33,080 nucleotides of DNA. Source: Promethearchaeota archaeon. GTDB taxonomy: Archaea; Asgardarchaeota; Lokiarchaeia; Sigyniarchaeales; SOKP01. Location of the stretch: contig JAEOSU010000024.1 of assembly GCA_016840165.1 (NCBI GenBank), positions 1-33,080 on the forward strand. Reading direction: 5' to 3'. Positions 26,335-33,080 of this stretch are shown in pieces. Position 1 is the stretch's first letter. Each line of letters opens with the position of its first letter. A program made the translations under genes and the position numbers. The notes under the pieces were generated by a model, which was not told the origin of the DNA, searched no databases, and saw only the letters and a program-made list of their open reading frames with translations.

Positions 26335-27585
26335 ATGTCAATAAATATCACTAATATCATCAATATTTTTTCCAAATTCTTAGATGAGAATTCTGTTAAA
26401 ATTAATAAGCTCAAAACACTCGAGGACGTGAAGGAACTTCCTATCTATTCCTATAAGTTTTTAAATAAGAGTGAAGCTAAGGTATTAAAAGACATCTTAG
26501 ATATTACTTCTATCGAAGATGCGTCAAAGCTTAATAAAGAGGATCCCTTTGAACATATCAACAAAGGTGAATCTACGAAAGATCCTATCAAATATGCTGA
26601 AATTCAGGAAGAATTGCTCAATAAACTCGAAGAATTGAAAGTCAAGAACCCTTCCCTAAAAGGAAATCTCCAAAAAGCCATCACTATAAGCTCAATTATA
26701 ATGAATATCAAAGAAGATGAAGATTTTTTCAAAAAAGCCCGGCAAAAGGTCATGGTTGTTGGTTTAGATAATGCAGGTAAAACGGCGATATTAAATAAAT
26801 TTGGAGGAAAACTGGGAATAGAAGGCCTTGCAACTTTAACTCCAACGAAAGGGGTAGACAGAAGGAATATACAGATGGAAGATTCTGATGTGGAGCTATT
26901 TATCTGGGATATGGGCGGACAAAAACAATATCGTGATAAATATTTAAAAAATCCCGAGCAATATTTTCTTGAAATTGATTTGCTTATCTATGTAATTGAT
27001 ATCCAAGATGCCGAACGCTTTGCTGAATCCTTTGAATATTTTGAGGAGATTCTACAGATTTTGAAAACGCTTGAAGAAGACCCATTTATTATGGTCTATA
27101 TCCATAAACATGACCCTGATTTACGGCGTAATCCTGAAATTGAATTGAGCGTTGAACTTTTAAAAGATAATCTCAACCAGCTTTTAACACAATATGGATT
27201 TGATTTTGAGGCTTATCTTACCTCAATCTATTCACTCATCTCTAATGAGCCTGAATTTTCCAAATACATTAAAGATGTTATGAAATCAGCACATTCGCTT
27301 ACTAATCCTACACTAAAAAAGGTAGAAGGTCTCGGTAAAACACTTGAGGAAACGATGAATGCAGTAATTCGTCTCTCAGAAAGTATTTCAAAACAATTAA
27401 ATGATCTTGACAGCAGAATGAGAGCAATTGAAAGTGGAGCATTTGAGATTGCTCAAAGTGGTATTCCAATAAGTATTGCAGGTTCAGCTCAGACCAGAGG
27501 ACATGCAAGCCCCGCAGATTCGCGCTCTCAGGTCTTAAATGAGTTGAAACAATTATTTGATAAGAAACGCAAATTAAATCTCTGA
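26335..27585 (+). CDS. Multi-domain Arf/Rag-like small GTPase with N-terminal extension and C-terminal coiled coil
   Basis: GLDNAGKT (G1), PTKG (G2), WDMGGQ (G3), HKHD (G4), TSIY (G5). Confidence 0.88.
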   Translation: MSINITNIINIFSKFLDENSVKINKLKTLEDVKELPIYSYKFLNKSEAKVLKDILDITSIEDASKLNKEDPFEHINKGESTKDPIKYAEIQEELLNKLEELKVKNPSLKGNLQKAITISSIIMNIKEDEDFFKKARQKVMVVGLDNAGKTAILNKFGGKLGIEGLATLTPTKGVDRRNIQMEDSDVELFIWDMGGQKQYRDKYLKNPEQYFLEIDLLIYVIDIQDAERFAESFEYFEEILQILKTLEEDPFIMVYIHKHDPDLRRNPEIELSVELLKDNLNQLLTQYGFDFEAYLTSIYSLISNEPEFSKYIKDVMKSAHSLTNPTLKKVEGLGKTLEETMNAVIRLSESISKQLNDLDSRMRAIESGAFEIAQSGIPISIAGSAQTRGHASPADSRSQVLNELKQLFDKKRKLNL

Positions 27586-27588
27586 TTT

Positions 27589-28308
27589 CTACAGATTAGA
27601 ATTCTTTTTAAAATAATCTCGTATCCATTTATAGTTAGCTATAATAAAAATTATAATAATCAGTCCTGAACATAAAGCACTATACCAGAAATTTTGAAAT
27701 AATAGACTGTTCAATTTTTGATATTCAATTGGGATAGTAATAAAGCTTTCAAAAAAATTAAGTATTGTATAGGATATTGGTGCGATAACATATAAAGCTA
27801 TTAAAAAGCCAAGTATCCCAAAAAGTCCTCCTGCTATGACATCACTAGGATAATGGACACCCAGTTGAATTCTTGAAATTGCGACAATTATAGAACAAAC
27901 AATAGCAACGACAATTATAATTAAATTATTAAAGAGATAGATAAACATCAATCCCTGGGATACAACGTTATATACATGCCATGAAGGAAAACTCTGCGAA
28001 CTTGGTTTTCTTTCTAAAACCCTAATTTGATTCAAACTATCAAAGGGACGTGTTCTTTTTACAAAATTCTTACTCGGGACGATTATTATCAGTCCTGCTA
28101 AAAATGTAGAACCAATATACGAAAATAAGATCGGATCATACCATATTAATAAAAAAAATACTATTAGAATAAGCCATATTGTTTCCCTGCCAAGAAAAGA
28201 GATAATTCTAAGGAAAAATGCTAATAGTTTTCCACCATATCCATTCCATTTGATTATAATTTTTTTATCCCAGCTATCGATTTTTTCAATTAGGCTTGAG
28301 CTGTCCAT
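27589..28308 (-). CDS. PAP2-family membrane phosphatase
   Basis: K...KRTRP, SFPSWH, SRIQLGVHYPSDVIAG. Confidence 0.92.
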   Translation of the reverse strand: MDSSSLIEKIDSWDKKIIIKWNGYGGKLLAFFLRIISFLGRETIWLILIVFFLLIWYDPILFSYIGSTFLAGLIIIVPSKNFVKRTRPFDSLNQIRVLERKPSSQSFPSWHVYNVVSQGLMFIYLFNNLIIIVVAIVCSIIVAISRIQLGVHYPSDVIAGGLFGILGFLIALYVIAPISYTILNFFESFITIPIEYQKLNSLLFQNFWYSALCSGLIIIIFIIANYKWIRDYFKKNSNL

Positions 28309-28332
28309 TAGTAATCACTTCTATTATAACTA

Positions 28333-29124
28333 TTATAATTTGATAAAATGATACGCATCTTTTACTTTAGGTATCTGTTCTTCAAAATATTCAAGAGAAT
28401 GAGAATCCGAACCAATAAAGAATTTTGCTCCTTCTTTCTGTAAAATTCGTATCACTTCTCTCGAAGGAAAAGGGCGCTTTATTGGAAATCGCAGACCCGA
28501 GAGATTGTATTCTATTGATATATTATTTTTAATACATAATCTTCCTAATTCTAAGACTTTCTTGTTTGATGTATCGCAATCCTTTTCGGGTTTTATATCA
28601 TTCTCATTAATATAGCGGAAAATAGTATCAATGTGACATATATTTTTAAAGATTTTTGATTCCACCATCTTCTGAGATTCTAAAAAATATTCTGTAATCA
28701 CATCTTTCATTGACTTCCTCTCTAACAATTCCACCAATTTCTCTCTTGTCGTAATGGGGTAAAAAGGGACCCATTCATGAACTGTACCCGCAATAAAGTC
28801 AAGTTCTTTGCTATAATCATCCATAAATTCCCTCAATTCTTCTTCTTTTTCCGCATAGTAATCAACTTCGAGTCCCGCTAATATAAAATCGTAGGTTTCC
28901 TTAAGAATGTCTAACTCTTCTAAATAATTATTAATGTTTTCATTTGAGAAAGGATTAGAGAATTGCTTATCCATATAGCGTAATTCATAGTGTTCTAAAA
29001 AACAAACATTAATTCTATTCAATTCCGCGATCTGAATATAATCTTCAAATGAAGGACCATCATCTTTGATATCTATGCTCCAGTTGGTGTGCAGATGATA
29101 ATCGGTGTATTTATATCTCATCAC
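28333..29124 (-). CDS. PHP-family phosphoesterase (histidinol-phosphatase HisJ-like)
   Basis: DYHLHT..S.D, LEH, GLEVD, GTVH, CHID, GSDSH. Confidence 0.88.
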   Translation of the reverse strand: MMRYKYTDYHLHTNWSIDIKDDGPSFEDYIQIAELNRINVCFLEHYELRYMDKQFSNPFSNENINNYLEELDILKETYDFILAGLEVDYYAEKEEELREFMDDYSKELDFIAGTVHEWVPFYPITTREKLVELLERKSMKDVITEYFLESQKMVESKIFKNICHIDTIFRYINENDIKPEKDCDTSNKKVLELGRLCIKNNISIEYNLSGLRFPIKRPFPSREVIRILQKEGAKFFIGSDSHSLEYFEEQIPKVKDAYHFIKL

Positions 29125-29175
29125 AAAACATAATACATAATTAAAACAAAATCAAAAAAGTATGGTTTCTCTATC

Positions 29176-31080
29176 TCAATCGATTGAATTTTCTTTGTCA
29201 AAAAATACTTCATAGAACAATTCTTTCTCTCCCGCTTCAGGAGGAGTGATTTTGGTATAGCCCCCTTTTCGAATGATTTGTACGGTCTTTTTATTCTGGA
29301 TATGAATATTTCCATAAAACCCCTTAATACCTAATTCTTTGGCAATAATAATTAAATGATGGTATAAAAAGGATCCTAATCCTTTTCCCCGATAATCTTC
29401 TCGTATCAGAAAACTATATTCTGCCATATTATTTTCAGGATTAAGGTAATAAGTCGCGCTCCCTACCATCTCTTCTTTTATAATGTCTCCAATGAACGCC
29501 CCAATTGAAAATATATTTTTATAATCGATATTTACTTCACTTTGAGTTTTTGAATGGGTAAATTCTTTGCGAAGCTCAAAAAAGCGCAAATAACGATCTC
29601 GCTCATTTAGAGAATAATAAAGTTCTTTTAATAAATATTCATCAGTAGTCTTTACGGGTCTAATCTTCACCACTTCGCCCGTTCTGGTGTGAAAAATGGT
29701 CTCATACTTATAAGGATAAATGCATATCCGACCTTCCTCATCGCATGGTAGTAATTGATCTTGAAATATATAATTCAATTTTTTAGCCTCATCCAATAAT
29801 TCCTGACGGAATTTAGGGTGAGCAATGCAAATTAGCTCAATCACTCGGTCGCGAATGGTTTTTCCGTGAAGGTATGCAACTCCCCATTCAGTAACGACAT
29901 AATGAACGTCCGCTCGGGATAAAATCACTCCCGCACCCTCATCCAGATGTGGTACGATATTTGAAATAGAATCATCTTTTCTAGTAGATGACAGAACGAT
30001 AATAGGTTTACCTCCCTTAGAAAATGCTGCCCCCCGCATGAAATCAACCGTATCTCCAATACCTGAGTAAAAATCGTAGCCTTTTGTTGATGTGTTTACT
30101 TGCCCTGTAAGATCTATTTGTAACGCCTGATTAATGGATACCATCTTTTTATTCATGCCAATATACTTCGGATTACATACGTAATCGGATGGATAAAATT
30201 CAATATAAGGATTATTATTGATAAAATCATACAATTTTTTGGTCCCTAAAGTGAAACTGGTGATTATCTTTTCTGGATGAAAATTCTTTTTCCTACAGGT
30301 TAATACACCACTCTCAATCAAAGGAATGATATTGTCTGTAACATAATGGCTATGCATTCCTAAATCCTTTTTACCATTAAGATACTTCAAACATGCATTA
30401 GGTAACGAGCCATTACCGATATGAATGGTAGATTTATTCTCGATAAGAGTTGCCACACTCTTTCCGATTTGCTCTACAACCTCATTTTTTTCCTTGAAAT
30501 GGAATTCTAAAAGTGGCGTATCATTAATCACAAAGTAATCAATCTCTTTCATATGAATAAAACTATTCCCCAATGTTCTTGGCATTTGAGGATTAATTTC
30601 GGCAATAGTTAGAAAAGTCGCTTTCGAAATTGGCTTCGCAAAATCAACATTTATCCCAAAAGAACAAAAACCATAGCGATCCGGAGGAGTGATTTGAATA
30701 AGTGCCACATCACAATTCTTTCTACCCGAAAGAAATAAGGATGGGATCTCACTCGCTAATATAGGAGTATAATCAGCTTGCCCTTTATTTATTTCCTCAC
30801 GTAAGGTCTTACCAATAAAAAACGCGTTATGCCGAAACAAATCTTCCGCTTTATCTTTAAAATACTTTTCAGGTCCAATAGTGAAAAAATGGATGATCTC
30901 GGTGTCGATGAGGTTATTTGAAGCCTTAATCAGTTCAGAAGTTAATGCTTGTGGCTCTGAACAAGCAGATCCAATAAAGACACGATTTCCAGGGATAATT
31001 TTACCTATAGCCTCTTTTACCGTAATCTCTTTATCCTTCCACTTTTCTCTCCACTCATCATCCATATAATGCTTACTCAT
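29176..31080 (-). CDS. Acetyl-CoA hydrolase/CoA-transferase family domain fused to a C-terminal GNAT acetyltransferase
   Basis: PPDRYGFCSFG, EINPQMPRTLG, IDLTGQV, SGIG..VDFMRGA, DVHYVVTEWGVA.L.GK, IAHPKFR; GNAT motif A IREDYRGKGLGSFL. Confidence 0.92.
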   Translation of the reverse strand: MSKHYMDDEWREKWKDKEITVKEAIGKIIPGNRVFIGSACSEPQALTSELIKASNNLIDTEIIHFFTIGPEKYFKDKAEDLFRHNAFFIGKTLREEINKGQADYTPILASEIPSLFLSGRKNCDVALIQITPPDRYGFCSFGINVDFAKPISKATFLTIAEINPQMPRTLGNSFIHMKEIDYFVINDTPLLEFHFKEKNEVVEQIGKSVATLIENKSTIHIGNGSLPNACLKYLNGKKDLGMHSHYVTDNIIPLIESGVLTCRKKNFHPEKIITSFTLGTKKLYDFINNNPYIEFYPSDYVCNPKYIGMNKKMVSINQALQIDLTGQVNTSTKGYDFYSGIGDTVDFMRGAAFSKGGKPIIVLSSTRKDDSISNIVPHLDEGAGVILSRADVHYVVTEWGVAYLHGKTIRDRVIELICIAHPKFRQELLDEAKKLNYIFQDQLLPCDEEGRICIYPYKYETIFHTRTGEVVKIRPVKTTDEYLLKELYYSLNERDRYLRFFELRKEFTHSKTQSEVNIDYKNIFSIGAFIGDIIKEEMVGSATYYLNPENNMAEYSFLIREDYRGKGLGSFLYHHLIIIAKELGIKGFYGNIHIQNKKTVQIIRKGGYTKITPPEAGEKELFYEVFFDKENSID

Positions 31081-31340
31081 ATTATTCCACCAATAGATAA
31101 ACTCATTACAACTATAACTATCGTTATATACTTATTATCTCCTATTTCTATAATAGGTTTTACCTTCCATATAATACTTTCGAAGTTCATAGTATTCTTT
31201 GAGCTTTAAATGAGGTCGAGTCAACTAATATCAATTATTTCAAAAAAATTGACAGAAAAGTAAGCTTTTAATATTAAGGCTATTTATTGGAATTTGATTT
31301 CCAATTTTTCTAAAATTTATAAAAAATCTCAAAATATTAT

Positions 31341-31739
31341 GTGAATAAAATGACCGAAATTAAACTACTTACAAAAATCGCCCTTATAGTAGATGCTATT
31401 ATCTGGTTGATATTTGGGATCTTACTTCTCTTTTTTTATGATATAACTTTGAATTATGAGGGTTGGACAAATCCCCTTCATGTAAGAGCATTTGGAGGGC
31501 TCTGTCTAGTTACATTCGTTTTCGCAGTGTTAATGCTTCTTAAAAAAGAATGGGAAAAGATTCAATTCCTTTTTCTATATACGATTTGCATGTGTGTAAC
31601 AGTTTTAATTGTTGAAATATCTGTATTCGCGGTGTTCGGGTCGACATTTCTGCCTGCAACTGTATCGCAAATGATCTTCGATTTTATTATTCTTGGTGCA
31701 AAGATAGCTCTAAGTATTATCGCTTATATTAGACAGTGA
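31341..31739 (+). CDS. Small hypothetical membrane protein with about 4 TM helices
   Basis: Four hydrophobic segments; P...RAFGG motif. Start may be ATG 31350. Confidence 0.75.
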   Translation: MNKMTEIKLLTKIALIVDAIIWLIFGILLLFFYDITLNYEGWTNPLHVRAFGGLCLVTFVFAVLMLLKKEWEKIQFLFLYTICMCVTVLIVEISVFAVFGSTFLPATVSQMIFDFIILGAKIALSIIAYIRQ

Positions 31740-31913
31740 GTTTACTATTAAGGCTTAATAATTAAAAAATTTCAAACTTTTTTTTTGAATTTTCTCTTGT
31801 TTATTGAATTTCATAAGAATATTGTTATTTTACTAATCTGTCTATTTTTCAAATCATTTATGAACCATTAGAATTACATTTTTAACCCCCGACAAATTTA
31901 TTTTGATAATATT

Positions 31914-32114
31914 ATGGAAGATAATAAGAAAATTGAAAAACGCTTGGAAAAGAACCTCGGCTTTGAAACGTGCAAAGTAAGTCAGCCCCAAAACAAGACT
32001 CAAGGAGAGTTCGAAGCAGAATGCCAAAATTCATATCAAGATACATTCTCTTGCCAAGGAAAAATTTCTAAAGAAGGTGTCCTTAATAGGACCGATTGTG
32101 AAAAAAAGGAATAA
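31914..32114 (+). CDS. Small hypothetical protein with four cysteines
   Basis: 66-aa ORF that looks less AT-rich than its flanks, followed by a T-tract. Confidence 0.65.
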   Translation: MEDNKKIEKRLEKNLGFETCKVSQPQNKTQGEFEAECQNSYQDTFSCQGKISKEGVLNRTDCEKKE

Positions 32115-32367
32115 TTTTTTTTATTAATTTTCTCTCTTTCATGCTTATCTCTCGCAATTATAACCCCTTATCTTTCAATGTTTTATAAATAAAATGTTTA
32201 AATTCAATTCCATATATCTCCTTTTTGAAGCAAATATTATCCATTTGAATGAGTAAAATTTAAATAGGATGAGTTTGCTGAAAAAGCTTTAAAATTTTTA
32301 AAGAATTTACCTAATAAAGAAAGTTTTACAAATAAATTCAATATAACAATCGAAAATGTGAGATTTA

Positions 32368-33080
32368 ATGTCGAAAGAAGATAAAAAGATGGAAAGCATC
32401 CTCACTGAAACACGTAAATTTGACCCTGTTAAATTTGGCACCGAATTTGTGAAATCAGGGATGACTTTTGAAGAGTATAAAACATTATACACCAAGTCCA
32501 TTGAAGATATGGAAGGTTTCTGGGGAGAACAAGCACAATCGCTCGATTGGTTTAAACCATATGAAAAAATATGGGAAAAAACCGATTTATTTCCAGGAAA
32601 ATGGTTTGTGGGTGGAAAACTAAACGTCGCGTATAATTGTCTTGACCGACACGTCAAAACAGGAAATGGTGATCGTGTCGCAATCATCTGGGAAGCAGAT
32701 GAACCGGGCCAGGTACGAAAATTTACCTACAGTGAACTAATGAAAGAAGTTAATAAAGTTGCGAATGGAATGAGAAAACTTGGTTTGAAAAAAGGGGACC
32801 GGGTAACCATTTGGTTGCCTATGATTCCCGAACTCGCCATTATCATGCTTGCATGTGCCCGTATCGGTGTTATTCACTCAATTGTGTTCGGAGGATTCTC
32901 AAAAGAAGCAGTAAAAGATAGAATTGACGATTCTAACTCTCGATTACTCTTTACCAGTGATGAAACAGTACGCGCTGGAAAATTTTATCCAAAGATGGCT
33001 GATGTTGCTGAAATTATCGATGATGTACCTACCATTGAGCATGTTATTGTCGTTGAGCGCACAGGTAATGAGGTCCCACA
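32368..33080 (+). CDS. acs: AMP-forming acetyl-CoA synthetase; partial, runs off the window end
   Basis: Not in the ORF track. ATG 32368 gives MSKEDKKMESILTETRKF...FWGEQA...WFVGGKLNVAYNCLDRHV...AIIWEADE...KGDRVTIWLPMIPEL...MLACARIGVIHSIVFGGFS. Confidence 0.95.
   Translation, partial: MSKEDKKMESILTETRKFDPVKFGTEFVKSGMTFEEYKTLYTKSIEDMEGFWGEQAQSLDWFKPYEKIWEKTDLFPGKWFVGGKLNVAYNCLDRHVKTGNGDRVAIIWEADEPGQVRKFTYSELMKEVNKVANGMRKLGLKKGDRVTIWLPMIPELAIIMLACARIGVIHSIVFGGFSKEAVKDRIDDSNSRLLFTSDETVRAGKFYPKMADVAEIIDDVPTIEHVIVVERTGNEVP

Noticed and set aside
1266-32687. Short alternative-frame or antisense ORFs in the track (1266..1586, 2632..2814, 5086..5559, 7596..7829, 10474..10710, 14203..14385, 14988..15278, 19082..19348, 22933..23124, 23780..23968, 24449..24739, 25608..25799, 25639..25854, 25822..26031, 27308..27508, 29121..29315, 30881..31069, 32307..32687)
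   Set aside because: All overlap well-supported genes and have no recognisable motifs, so they are treated as shadow ORFs.
1-33080. tRNA, rRNA, CRISPR array or additional BHB introns
   Set aside because: Intergenic regions are short and AT-rich, with no cloverleaf or spaced repeats, and no other gene is visibly split. Stop-free in-frame introns would need a computational BHB scan, which I could not run.

Overview
AT-rich archaeal chromosomal window, most likely Asgard/Lokiarchaeia-like. That assignment is an inference from the class I CCA enzyme, aIF5B, TFB, Taw1, an Arf/Rag-like small GTPase and a non-canonical EF-2. It holds about 25 protein genes: translation and tRNA-processing genes (aIF5B, CCA-adding enzyme, EF-2, EngB, Taw1), TFB, acyl-CoA metabolism genes, two endonuclease-like genes (HNH, LAGLIDADG) and several hypothetical genes. 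The main finding is in EF-2 (7731..10022), which the ORF track splits in two. It is one gene interrupted in switch I by a 30-nt insert (7920..7949) carrying an in-frame TAA. The insert and its flanks fold into a bulge-helix-bulge (BHB) motif, and the standard tRNA-splicing-endonuclease cut sites remove exactly those 30 nt, restoring TDSD|DEEQERGIT. This is a candidate archaeal pre-mRNA intron in a translation factor, directly downstream of a free-standing LAGLIDADG gene. I saw no tRNA, rRNA or CRISPR array.
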